Shown here: positions 28,241 to 37,878 of the stretch, one piece after another
Layout: each line of letters begins with the position of its first letter
Numbering within the stretch: the stretch's first letter is position 1
DNA from: Gammaproteobacteria bacterium
GTDB lineage: Bacteria; Pseudomonadota; Gammaproteobacteria; Eutrophobiales; Eutrophobiaceae
Direction: 5' to 3'
Assembly (NCBI GenBank): GCA_965215365.1
Contig: CBDCDS010000003.1
Span: 2,560,001-2,624,000, forward strand
DNA length: 64,000 bases
Translations under genes and position numbers: made by a program
Notes under the pieces: generated by a model
The model's database searches: none
Seen by the model: the letters and a program-made list of their open reading frames with translations, nothing else
Told to the model about the DNA's origin: nothing

Positions 28241-31200
28241 GCAGCCTTGCCGCCGAACGCTACGATGTCGCCATCGTCGGCGCCGGTCCAGTAGGTAGCT
28301 TGTGCGCGCTGGCCCACGCGCAGAAGGGCGCGCGGGTGGCGTTGCTGGAAGCCAACCCCAAGGCCTCGCTGCGCTTGGCCGGAGAATGGCTGCATCCGCC
28401 GGCCGTGCGTATGCTGCGAGCAGTCGGCATAGCAATCGACGAACAGCCGCGCAGCAGTACGGGAGAGGGGTTTGCCGTGTTCCCGGAAGACGGCTCCGAG
28501 CCGATAGTCTTGCCTTATCCGAAGGGTGAATGTGGGGTAGCCTGTGATCACACCGCGTTGGTGGCGCGCCTGCATGAGGCGGTGGAGGACGAACCCGATA
28601 TCGATTTTTTACTTCATGCCAAAGTACGCGAAGTTGAAGATGGGCAACTCGCGTTCGCCCGCAATGGCACCTTGGAGACCCTGGCGGCAACGAGTATCGT
28701 CGGCGCTGATGGACGCTCCTCGGTGGTGCGCCAATCACTGGGGTTGCCGGGAAAGCGGATCCCCTGCTCGCGCATGGTGGGGGTGGTCGTTGAGGATGCG
28801 GAGCTACCCGTAAAAGGTTACGGGCACGTTTTGCTTGGGGCGCCGGGGCCAATTCTCGCTTATCACACCGGCGCGCGCCACGTCAGAATCATTGCTGACA
28901 TTCCGCTGGACCACTGGAGCCCCAAGGACCGGGCTAACCTGCTGTCGGAATCGTATGCCGAACTGCTGCCGGAGGCGCTCAAGGCCGGATTTATAAAAGC
29001 AGTGCAGTCAGGAAAATTCCATGCCGCGGCCAATGAACTCAGACCGCGCGTCAGTTACGGCACCTGGCAGCGAACGCTAATCGGAGATGCGGCCGGTCAC
29101 TACCACCCCCTGACCGCAGTGGGCATGACCCTGGGTTTTGGCGATGCCCTGATGCTCGCCAAGTGCCAGAACTTCAATGAATTCAAGCGTCAACGTTTTC
29201 GCGATATTCGCGCGCCGGAGCTGCTGGCCATGGGTATGTATGAGGTATTTGCCGATCACCGGGGCGAGGCCGTGGCGCTCAGGACCGCCATGTACCAGAA
29301 CTGGTTAAAACTGCCCATAGTGCGCGACCGCACCATGCGTTTGCTCGCCTGTGAGGATCGTTCCATAGTGAGGCTCGGCCTGGCCACCTGCGTGACGGCG
29401 CTGCGCGCGCTGACGACACAGACCCCGCACACCTTAAACCGGCTGGCCTGGCGCCGTACCGGTGACGTCATGGGCGCCTTGGCCTCGCGGGTGGTATGGT
29501 TCCTGCACGGCGTTGACATTCTGAGCAAGTTGCGGCGTAACGGCGACAACATGGAAAACAGGTTCCGTGAGGTATTGGCGCGTTCATTCCTGATTTCCGT
29601 GCCTCCCGAAAAAACCGGCGTCGAGCCAGCCGCGCCCAAGGATACAATATCTTTTGACGCGAGCCCGGCCTTGCACAAAGCCGGCGCACGCCTGCTGAGT
29701 TTACAGGGTGATGACGGCGCCTGGGAAGGGGAGATGGTATGGTGCCCCATGCTCACTGCGCAATACGTGTTATTGCAGCACCTCCTAGAGCAACCCATCG
29801 AAGCCGGCCGGCGCCGGCGGATACTGCGTTCGTTTGCGTGTTCCCGTCTGGACAACGGGCTGTGGAGTTTGCATGAACACCCACCCGCCAACCTGTTTGT
29901 CACCACCCTGGTTTATGTTGCCGCGAGATTGCTTGGCCTTGAGCAGGATGATACGCTGCTTAAGCCGGCGCAACGTTTTCTGCAAGCAGAAGGCGTGCGC
30001 GCTATCCCCAGCTGGGGCAAGTTCTGGCTGGCGCTGCTCAACCTGTATGACTGGCGCGGGGTGAATGCCATCCTGCCGGAGTTGTGGGGACTGCCGCGCC
30101 GACTGCCATTGCATCCTTCCAACTGGTACTGTCATACCCGGCTGATCTATATGGCCATGGCCTCGGTTTATGCGCACCGCTATCAGGCCCCCGTCACGAC
30201 CACCATTGCCGCGCTGCGCGAGGAGCTGTATCCACAAGGGTATGAGCAGGTTGATTTCGTCGCCGGCCGCAACGACTTGCGGGCCGGTGACCTGTTTGCC
30301 CGCCCCGGCGTCTGGTTACGCGCCGGCTACGCCTTGACCCGTCTGTACGAGCGCTACCATAACAAGCGCTTGCGCAACCAATGCCTGGAGGCGCTGCGCG
30401 GGCAGATATCCTGGGAATTACAGAGTAGCAGCCATACCAGCATCTCACCAGTGAGCGGTTTTCTCAACATCCTGGCCTTGTGGTTGCGCGATCCGGACGA
30501 TGCCGACTGCCGTCAGGCGCTGGCAAAGCTGGACGACTGGTTCTGGGAAGATGAAGAGCACGGCGCGCGGGTGACCGGTGCCCGCAGCAGCTCCTGGGAT
30601 ACCGGCTTCGCCCTGCAAGCGCTAGCCACGGCGCCGGATGTTGCAGGCGCGCCCAAAGCCATGCGCAAAGGCGCCGAGGCCCTGCGCAACCAGCAGATCC
30701 AGGTCAGTTTTGAGGGCTATAAGGAGGCCTACCGTAATGACCCCCAAGGCGGCTGGTGCTTCCCCGGAGGCTGGCATGGTTGGCCGGTGAGCGACTGCAC
30801 AGCAGAGGCGGCGCTGGGGATAATGGCGGTGCAGGGCGCTGCTACCAACCCGGAAATGCTGGCCGCTGCCGCACGCTTTATGTTGCGCAGCCAGAATCGC
30901 GACGGTGGCTTTGGCAGCTACGAGGCACAGCGTTCCCGTTTTGATCTGGAATGGCTGAATCCGGCGGAGATGTTTGGCGAGTCCATGACTGAGCACTCCT
31001 ACGTGGAGTGTACCGCCTCGTGCATGGCCGCGCTGGCCGCGTGCCGGGAGCACGCGCCGCAAAGCCTGCCTGAAGCAGCGCCGGACGCCATGTCCCGGGC
31101 CGAGTCGTGGCTGCGTAATACGCAGTCCAGCGACGGTTCCTGGCGTGGCGTCTGGGGCGTACAGTTCATCTATGGCACCTTGTTCGGCATCCGCGGGCTG

Positions 31201-31632
31201 ATTGCCGCCGGGGCGCGCCCGGGCGACCCGGCGTTGCGTCTGGCCTGCCGCTGGCTGCTGGAACGTCAACGGGAGGACGGCGGCTGGGGCGAAAGTCTGC
31301 ATGGTTGCCTGAGCGGCGAGTACGTTCCACATGAGGAAAGCCAGATTATCCAGAGCGCCTGGGCGCTGATTGCACTGCTTGAAGCGGGCGAATCAAACTG
31401 GCCCATGATTGTGCGCGGCATCCGTTATCTGGCCGCCACTCAAAATGAGGACGGAAGCTGGCCCAGGCAGGACATGGCTGGCGTGTTTTTTCGTACCGCA
31501 ATGTTGGATTACGTACTGTATCGGCAGTACTTTCCTCTGCACGCGCTGGGTTTGTACGAACGGCGGCGGCGGGCGCGGGCGGAGCTGGCGCAGTCGCTCA
31601 ACCCATTACCAAAACCTGATGGTGTTACCTGA
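28237..31632 (+). CDS. Squalene epoxidase - oxidosqualene cyclase fusion (1131 aa)
   Basis: ATGA overlap with CYP51 stop; N-half GAGPVG, GEWLHP, VGADG, GDAAGHYHPLTAVGMT (squalene epoxidase); C-half QW repeats, WYCHTR, VSDCTAE (OSC, not the SHC DxDD). Confidence 0.92.
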   Translation: MSSLAAERYDVAIVGAGPVGSLCALAHAQKGARVALLEANPKASLRLAGEWLHPPAVRMLRAVGIAIDEQPRSSTGEGFAVFPEDGSEPIVLPYPKGECGVACDHTALVARLHEAVEDEPDIDFLLHAKVREVEDGQLAFARNGTLETLAATSIVGADGRSSVVRQSLGLPGKRIPCSRMVGVVVEDAELPVKGYGHVLLGAPGPILAYHTGARHVRIIADIPLDHWSPKDRANLLSESYAELLPEALKAGFIKAVQSGKFHAAANELRPRVSYGTWQRTLIGDAAGHYHPLTAVGMTLGFGDALMLAKCQNFNEFKRQRFRDIRAPELLAMGMYEVFADHRGEAVALRTAMYQNWLKLPIVRDRTMRLLACEDRSIVRLGLATCVTALRALTTQTPHTLNRLAWRRTGDVMGALASRVVWFLHGVDILSKLRRNGDNMENRFREVLARSFLISVPPEKTGVEPAAPKDTISFDASPALHKAGARLLSLQGDDGAWEGEMVWCPMLTAQYVLLQHLLEQPIEAGRRRRILRSFACSRLDNGLWSLHEHPPANLFVTTLVYVAARLLGLEQDDTLLKPAQRFLQAEGVRAIPSWGKFWLALLNLYDWRGVNAILPELWGLPRRLPLHPSNWYCHTRLIYMAMASVYAHRYQAPVTTTIAALREELYPQGYEQVDFVAGRNDLRAGDLFARPGVWLRAGYALTRLYERYHNKRLRNQCLEALRGQISWELQSSSHTSISPVSGFLNILALWLRDPDDADCRQALAKLDDWFWEDEEHGARVTGARSSSWDTGFALQALATAPDVAGAPKAMRKGAEALRNQQIQVSFEGYKEAYRNDPQGGWCFPGGWHGWPVSDCTAEAALGIMAVQGAATNPEMLAAAARFMLRSQNRDGGFGSYEAQRSRFDLEWLNPAEMFGESMTEHSYVECTASCMAALAACREHAPQSLPEAAPDAMSRAESWLRNTQSSDGSWRGVWGVQFIYGTLFGIRGLIAAGARPGDPALRLACRWLLERQREDGGWGESLHGCLSGEYVPHEESQIIQSAWALIALLEAGESNWPMIVRGIRYLAATQNEDGSWPRQDMAGVFFRTAMLDYVLYRQYFPLHALGLYERRRRARAELAQSLNPLPKPDGVT

Positions 31633-32666
31633 TGACACAGACACGCGAAAAAAGCAAAAAACCTGGTTTTCTTGGGGATCTGGCTTCGCATGAAATCAAG
31701 TCGGTGGTCAATGAATACCGTGAGTTACATGATGCCGACCTGACGCATAGAAAGGAAAGCTATCAGAAACTCGTCAACCACTACTATGATCTGGCCACCG
31801 ATTTCTACGAGTTCGGGTGGGGTCAGTCTTTCCACTTTGCCCCCGGGCGACGCGGCGAGAGCTTCAAAGATGCGTTGCTCAGACATGAGCTGTTCCTGGG
31901 CGGGAAGCTGGAGTTAAAGTCAGGCATGCAAGTCCTGGACGCAGGCTGCGGAGTGGGCGGGCCAATGCGCAATCTGGCCCGCCATACCGGTGCCAGTATT
32001 ACCGGGATAAACAATAACGCCTACCAGATTGAGCGCGCGCGCAAGCACACCCGCGAAGTCAGCTCACTGTGCCGCCTCATTCATGGTAATTACATGCAGA
32101 TCCCGGAGACTGACAACCATTTCGATGCCGCCTACGAGATAGAAGCCATGCCGCACGCACCGGACCGGACTGCAGCGTACCGTGAGGTCTTGCGCGTGCT
32201 GCGTCCCGGCGGCTGCTTCGCCGGCTATGGCTGGTGTCTCACCGAGCATTTCGATCCGCAAAATGCCGATCACCTGCGCATCAAGAAGGATATTGAGGTA
32301 GGCAATGGAATGCCGGACACTCCCACCACAGCGGAGGTGGATGCAGCGTTGCGCGCCGCCGGGTTCGAGCTGCTGGAGGGCCGTGACCTTGCCTCCGAAG
32401 CAGACCCGGAAATGCCCTGGTACCGCCCTTTGCAGGGTGACTTTTTCAGTCTTGCGAGCCTGCCACGCACGCCAACCGGGCGCGCGCTCACAAATCTGAC
32501 TCTGAGGGTAGGAGAGTGGCTGCGACTGGTGCCGAGGGGCGCCCGAGACACCAGCACGATACTGAATCAAGGCGCTGATGCTTTGGTCGCAGGCGGCAAG
32601 GCTGATATATTTACGCCCATGTATTTCTATCTGGTACGCAAGCCAAACGCAGAAAAATCTGCATGA
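31632..32666 (+). CDS. smt: Sterol C-24 methyltransferase (SMT/ERG6 family)
   Basis: YYDLATDFYEFGWGQSFHF, VLDAGCGVGGP, IEAMPHAP, IEVGNG, IFTPMY. Confidence 0.92.
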   Translation: MTQTREKSKKPGFLGDLASHEIKSVVNEYRELHDADLTHRKESYQKLVNHYYDLATDFYEFGWGQSFHFAPGRRGESFKDALLRHELFLGGKLELKSGMQVLDAGCGVGGPMRNLARHTGASITGINNNAYQIERARKHTREVSSLCRLIHGNYMQIPETDNHFDAAYEIEAMPHAPDRTAAYREVLRVLRPGGCFAGYGWCLTEHFDPQNADHLRIKKDIEVGNGMPDTPTTAEVDAALRAAGFELLEGRDLASEADPEMPWYRPLQGDFFSLASLPRTPTGRALTNLTLRVGEWLRLVPRGARDTSTILNQGADALVAGGKADIFTPMYFYLVRKPNAEKSA

Positions 32667-33226
32667 AATACGTATTTGACCCTGAAGTCCTGCGCGAGGT
32701 TGCGCAAGCCCACCTAGAGCTGCCGCTGGAGCAGATGATGCTGGCAATTACTGAGGATCTTGCCGAGCGTTATCCAGGCCGGATCCAGCTCGAGCGTGAA
32801 TGGGTCTTCAACAACGCTGGCGGCGTCATGGGGCAGTTCACTATCCTGTACGCTTCGTTATCGGAGTACCTGATCTTCTTCGGCACGCCCATCGGTAGCG
32901 GCGGGCATACCGGGCGCTATCATTTTGCCGAGGATTACGCATTCGTCTTAGATGGTGAGTTCTGGTATTTTAATCAGGGCGATACTCAAAGACAGGAGTT
33001 CCGTAAAGGCGATTTCGTGCATCTGCCGCAAGGCGCGGCCATGGGTTTTTGTATGGTGGATCATGCCTGGATACTGGAATATGTACGCGGCCCGGTAGTT
33101 ACCATGCTCCCGTTCGGACTCGCCGATACCTTATTCAGTACGCTTGACTACCGCACTTTGTTTCGTACCTTCCGCCTCTACGGTGGACATGTATTGCGTT
33201 CGCTCAGGAAGCCGCCTGGGCGGTAA
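32663..33226 (+). CDS. C-8 sterol isomerase (ERG2/sigma-1 receptor family)
   Basis: WVFNNAGGVMG, LYASLSEYLIFFGTPIGSGGHTGRY, WILEYVRG..MLPFG. Confidence 0.9.
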   Translation: MKYVFDPEVLREVAQAHLELPLEQMMLAITEDLAERYPGRIQLEREWVFNNAGGVMGQFTILYASLSEYLIFFGTPIGSGGHTGRYHFAEDYAFVLDGEFWYFNQGDTQRQEFRKGDFVHLPQGAAMGFCMVDHAWILEYVRGPVVTMLPFGLADTLFSTLDYRTLFRTFRLYGGHVLRSLRKPPGR

Positions 33227-34692
33227 TGCCACCGGTTCAAGATACCTGCCTTGCGGCGCGTAATTCCTGTGCAAGCAGGAATAGTTTGATTGTCGCTGTT
33301 GCGCTCTTGTTCGTGAGCGCGGCTGCCAGCGCGACCGGGTTGCCGCAGCCTGTCAATTTCGTCATCAACGGTTACAAAATTCCATCCGACAGCTACAGCC
33401 TGTATGTGCGCGACGTAGCAGCGCAGGAAGCGATACTGGCTGTCAACGCGGATACTGCGTTCAACCCCGCGTCCGTGATTAAAATCATCCCTACCCTGGC
33501 GGCGTTGGAGTTATTGGGCCCGGCCTATCAATGGAAAACGGAAGTCTATACCCTGGGCCATATCAATGACGGGGTGTTAGCGGGCGACCTGTTGCTCAAG
33601 GGCTATGGTGACCCGCACCTGGTGATAGAGGAGTTACGCAAGCTCCTGGAAGAACTGCGGCGGCGCGGCCTCAGAGAAATTAGCGGCGACCTGTTGATTG
33701 ACTCGTCCTGGTTCGATGTTCCGGCAGCGGACCCGGGCGCCTTCGACAACAGGCCGTTCCACAGCTATAACGTGCTGCCGCATGCCTTGCTGGTGAATTT
33801 CAAGGCAGTGCACTTCCACTTCTATCCGTCCGCAAACGGTAAGGATGTGCAGATTCATGCCGAACCGGAGCTGGCCGGACTGAGCATCGACAACCGCCTG
33901 CGCCTGCGCCAGCGCAGTTGTGGCGGTTTTCAGCGCGGCATCACTGTGACCGTGCCGGATGGCGATAGAGCCGCTACGGTGATCTTTTCCGGGCGCTTCC
34001 CGAACCGCTGCCGGCATTACATCCTGACCCGCGCGCTAATGACCCCTGAGACCTACGCCTATGGCGCATTCAAACTGATCTGGCAGCAACTGGGGGGAAC
34101 TATCACCGGGCAAGTACGTAGCGCGCTGGCGCCGACACAGCAAGAACCCTATCTGGTACATCATTCCAAATCCCTGTCAGACATCATCAGGTACATCAAC
34201 AAGTTCAGCAATAACGTGATGACCCGGCAGCTGCTGCTGACCCTGGGTGCGGAGTTACAGGAAGCGCCGGGCACGGTGGAGAAAGGTGTACAGGTCATCA
34301 ACGACTACCTTGCCGCACTGGGGCTGGAGGTGCACAGCCTGCATATCGACAACGGCGCCGGGCTGTCGCGGCAGGTACGCGTCTCGGCGCAACTGCTGGC
34401 AGCTGTCCTGCAGCGTGGCTGGGACATTCCCCAGGCGCCGGAGTTCATCTCCTCACTGGCCATCACCGGCGTCGATGGCACCGCCCGCCGCCGCCTCAGC
34501 AACAAGGCCGCAGCCGGTTCTGCACACATCAAGACCGGCACCATCGACGAAGTGTCCGCCATCGCCGGCTATGTCCAGGCCCAATCCGGGCGGGACTTTA
34601 TAGTAGTCGGCATGCTCAACCGCAAGCTGGCGCACAAAGGCCACGGCAAGGAACTGATGAACGCGCTGGTGAGCTGGGTTTATGGGCTTTAA
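33226..34692 (+). CDS. dacB: D-alanyl-D-alanine carboxypeptidase/endopeptidase PBP4
   Basis: PASVIK (SxxK), SNN, KTG motifs. Confidence 0.93.
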   Translation: MPPVQDTCLAARNSCASRNSLIVAVALLFVSAAASATGLPQPVNFVINGYKIPSDSYSLYVRDVAAQEAILAVNADTAFNPASVIKIIPTLAALELLGPAYQWKTEVYTLGHINDGVLAGDLLLKGYGDPHLVIEELRKLLEELRRRGLREISGDLLIDSSWFDVPAADPGAFDNRPFHSYNVLPHALLVNFKAVHFHFYPSANGKDVQIHAEPELAGLSIDNRLRLRQRSCGGFQRGITVTVPDGDRAATVIFSGRFPNRCRHYILTRALMTPETYAYGAFKLIWQQLGGTITGQVRSALAPTQQEPYLVHHSKSLSDIIRYINKFSNNVMTRQLLLTLGAELQEAPGTVEKGVQVINDYLAALGLEVHSLHIDNGAGLSRQVRVSAQLLAAVLQRGWDIPQAPEFISSLAITGVDGTARRRLSNKAAAGSAHIKTGTIDEVSAIAGYVQAQSGRDFIVVGMLNRKLAHKGHGKELMNALVSWVYGL

Positions 34693-35417
34693 TGAACTGG
34701 CAAACTGCGCCCGAGCGTCTTGACCTCTCCCCATACCACGTTGATGTCTGGTTGACCTCAACGGAGCTGGAAGAGGAACGGGTGTACAGCTATGCAAAGT
34801 CCCTGACAGAAACAGAACTTGGCCGCGCACGCAAGTTTAAGTTGGCAGCCAAATATCGGGAATACGTGATCACGCGCGGGCTGCTCAGGGAGCTGCTGTA
34901 CAAGGTGGCCGGCCTGGATCTGGCTGGCGTTGACTTCAGCTACGGCGCGCATGGCAAACCCGGTCTGGCGGGGCGCGCCGATATTGTCTTTAATGTGTCC
35001 CACTCCCACGGCCTGGCGCTGGTGGCGCTGGCCACAGGCGGCAGGCTGGGGGTGGATCTGGAACAGGTCAAACCGGGGGTGGCCTGGCGGGAACTGGCCG
35101 AACGCTATTTTTCCGCGGCGGAAGGCCGCGCCCTGCAAGCCCGAGCACCCAGCGAGCACCCACGCGCCGGCTGCGCCTGCTGGACCCGCAAGGAGGCGTT
35201 CATCAAGGCACTAGGTGCCGGGCTCTCCCATGGCTTAACACAGTTCGATGTCAGTGTGGACCCGGACGCAGCCGAGGTAGGCCTGACTCTGCGCATAACC
35301 GGCGAGGACGCCAACGACTGGCAGTTGCGAAACCTGCCGATGCCACCCCGCTACCATGCCGCTCTGGCCCTGGACCGGCCGGCCTGCAAACCCAGGCTAT
35401 GGCGCGCGAACCACTAA
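34692..35417 (+). CDS. Sfp-type 4'-phosphopantetheinyl transferase
   Basis: GKP, FNVSHS, LGVDLE, WTRKEAFIKALG. Confidence 0.92.
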   Translation: MNWQTAPERLDLSPYHVDVWLTSTELEEERVYSYAKSLTETELGRARKFKLAAKYREYVITRGLLRELLYKVAGLDLAGVDFSYGAHGKPGLAGRADIVFNVSHSHGLALVALATGGRLGVDLEQVKPGVAWRELAERYFSAAEGRALQARAPSEHPRAGCACWTRKEAFIKALGAGLSHGLTQFDVSVDPDAAEVGLTLRITGEDANDWQLRNLPMPPRYHAALALDRPACKPRLWRANH

Positions 35418-35502
35418 TGCCAGCTTGCCCGGTTCCGGCGTTTTACGTATTATCATCATTTTACCACCTTGGAAATCAGCTCATGTTACAACGGAACGGG
35501 TG

Positions 35503-36948
35503 ATGAACCTTGACCAGTACCCGCTGGCGGGATTGTACGATGAGCTACTGACCCCGCAAGGTCGGGCCCGGCCCGGGCTGGAACGTATGCTCGCGACATT
35601 GCAGGGGTTGAGCTATCAGGAACTGGCCGCGTGCAGGAGTGATGCCGAACAGGCGATTGCCACCATGGGCATCACTTTTACCGTGTATAGCGAGGCCGGC
35701 AATATCGACCGGCAGTGGCCTTATGACGTGATCCCCAGGCCCATCCTGCACAGCGAATGGAAACAGATTGAACGGGGCCTGGTGCAGCGCCTGACCGCGC
35801 TCAACCTGTTTATCGGTGACGTTTACAACGACCAGCGGATCATCAAGGATCAGGTCGTGCCGGCACACCTGTTACACACGTCAAAGAATTTTCGCAAGGA
35901 GTGCCAAGGCATGAAACCGGCGCAGGGGGTCTGGGCGCATATCTGCGGCACCGATCTGGTACGCGGCGCTGACGGCGTTATGTATGTGCTGGAAGACAAC
36001 CTGCGCGTACCTTCTGGCGTGTCTTACATGCTGGAAAACCGGCGCCTGACCAAACTTGCCTTTCCCGAACTGTTTGAAAATTACTCTGTGCGGCGCCTGG
36101 GTGGCTATGCCATACACCTGTTTGAAACGCTGAACTCCATCTCGCCGCGCCCGCTGGACTACCCGGAAATCGTGGTATTGACGCCGGGCATCTATAATTC
36201 GGCGTATTTCGAGCATTCATTTCTTGCCCGCCAACTGGGGGCAGAACTGGTGGAAGGCACGGACTTGGTGGTGGGAGATGACGATTACGTCTATATGAAG
36301 ACTATCGCCGGGCTGGCGCCTGTCGATGTAGTGTATCGCCGCATTGACGACCTGTTTCTCGACCCTGAAGTGTTTCGTAACGACTCGGTGCTGGGCGTGC
36401 CTGGCATCATGCGCGCCTGGCGCAACGGCAAGGTGGGTCTGGTCAATGCCCCCGGCGCCGGCGTGGCCGATGACAAGCTGGTCTATACCTATGTGCCCGA
36501 CATGATTCGCTACTACCTAGATGAAGACCCGCTGTTGCCCAATGTGCCCAGCTATCGTTGCGATGATGACAAGCAACGCCGTCACGTACTTGCCAACCTG
36601 GATCAGCTGGTCTTGAAACCCGCCAATGAATCCGGCGGCTACGGCATCGTTATCGGACCGCAGGCAAGCCGCGCGGCGCTGGCGCAGGTTGCGCAACGGA
36701 TCAAAGCCGATCCACGCGGCTATATTGCTCAACTACCGGTTAACCTGTCCACCGTGCCCACCTTGTGTGACGGACGCATCGAACCTCGCCACGTGGACCT
36801 GAGACCGTTTGTATTGCAAGGCGACGACTTCTATGTGACCGCCGGCGGGCTGACCCGGGTGGCACTGACACCGGGCTCACTGATAGTCAATTCTTCACAA
36901 GGCGGTGGCAGCAAGGATACTTGGGTGATAGCCGGAGGCAGGAATTAG
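35503..36948 (+). CDS. Circularly permuted type 2 ATP-grasp protein
   Basis: EDNLRVPSGVSY, LTPGIYNSAYFEH, HVDLRPF, NSSQGGGSKDTWV. Confidence 0.92.
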   Translation: MNLDQYPLAGLYDELLTPQGRARPGLERMLATLQGLSYQELAACRSDAEQAIATMGITFTVYSEAGNIDRQWPYDVIPRPILHSEWKQIERGLVQRLTALNLFIGDVYNDQRIIKDQVVPAHLLHTSKNFRKECQGMKPAQGVWAHICGTDLVRGADGVMYVLEDNLRVPSGVSYMLENRRLTKLAFPELFENYSVRRLGGYAIHLFETLNSISPRPLDYPEIVVLTPGIYNSAYFEHSFLARQLGAELVEGTDLVVGDDDYVYMKTIAGLAPVDVVYRRIDDLFLDPEVFRNDSVLGVPGIMRAWRNGKVGLVNAPGAGVADDKLVYTYVPDMIRYYLDEDPLLPNVPSYRCDDDKQRRHVLANLDQLVLKPANESGGYGIVIGPQASRAALAQVAQRIKADPRGYIAQLPVNLSTVPTLCDGRIEPRHVDLRPFVLQGDDFYVTAGGLTRVALTPGSLIVNSSQGGGSKDTWVIAGGRN

Positions 36949-37878
36949 ATGCTGTCCAGAGTGGCAGAGCAGTTTTACTGGTTCGGGCGCCATATTGAAC
37001 GGGCCGAGAACAGCGCGCGCTTGGTCGCAGTCAACGCCAACCTGATGCTGGACCTGCCGCGGCCTTTTCAGCGCATCTGGGCCAATGTGATCGACATTTC
37101 CGGGAGCAACGATCTGTTTTACCCGAGCTACGGCAAAGCCGATGAAGACTGCGTCTTGCAATTCATGCTCACCGACGAAACCAACCCTTCCTCCATGCTC
37201 TGCTGCGTGCGTATGGCCCGCGACAACGCCCGCAGCTCCCGCGAGATACTCCCGCCAGAAGCCTGGGAAGCCATCAATGAGCTGTACCTGTACGTGCGGG
37301 AGAATGCGGCGCTGGGCACAGACCCCGGTGAACGCCTGGGCTACCTGCAGCGCGTGATCCGCTATTGCCAGCAGCTCACAGGCATGCTGTTCGGCAGCAT
37401 GGGTCATGGCAGCGCCTATAGTTTCAAACGCATTGGCAGAAACTTAGAGCGCGCCGACATGAGCACCCGCATTATCGACATCGGCTGCGTCAACCTGCTG
37501 CCCGGCGGCGATGACAGCGCTGCCGCTTATGCTGAATTGTTATGGTTAAATGTCCTGAGTTCCCTGGGTAGTTACCAGATTTATCGGCAACACGTCAAAG
37601 TGCGCCCTTACGGTGAAGATGTGGTTGACTTCCTGTTCAAATACGTTGACGCGCCGCGCAGCGTATTGCATTGTCTGGAAGAAATCGGTGCCTGTCTGCT
37701 GCGACTGCCGGGCAATGAGGCGCCGCTGCAAACCCTGGAACTGGCGCGCAACAAAGTCAAGGCAGCCGACATCCCTCGGTTGCTGGAGCAGGATAACCTG
37801 CATGACTTTATCGATGAAGTACAGTTGGGCCTGGGCAACATCCATGCCCAGGTGGAGCAGACCTGGTTCAGGTATTGA
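36949..37878 (+). CDS. Alpha-E domain protein
   Basis: MLSRVAEQFYWFGRHIERAEN, GRNLERADMSTR. Confidence 0.9.
   Translation: MLSRVAEQFYWFGRHIERAENSARLVAVNANLMLDLPRPFQRIWANVIDISGSNDLFYPSYGKADEDCVLQFMLTDETNPSSMLCCVRMARDNARSSREILPPEAWEAINELYLYVRENAALGTDPGERLGYLQRVIRYCQQLTGMLFGSMGHGSAYSFKRIGRNLERADMSTRIIDIGCVNLLPGGDDSAAAYAELLWLNVLSSLGSYQIYRQHVKVRPYGEDVVDFLFKYVDAPRSVLHCLEEIGACLLRLPGNEAPLQTLELARNKVKAADIPRLLEQDNLHDFIDEVQLGLGNIHAQVEQTWFRY

Noticed and set aside
29650-31632. Squalene-hopene cyclase / hopanoid cluster (SDR resembles HpnA)
   Set aside because: Catalytic motif is DCTAE not DxDD, fused to an epoxidase and flanked by CYP51/SMT/ERG2.
23527-33226. Eukaryotic contamination
   Set aside because: Intronless, overlapping operon with sigma70 promoter, SD sites and coupling to dacB.
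34692-35417. PPTase as sign of an NRPS/PKS cluster
   Set aside because: No carrier-protein or synthase genes in the window.
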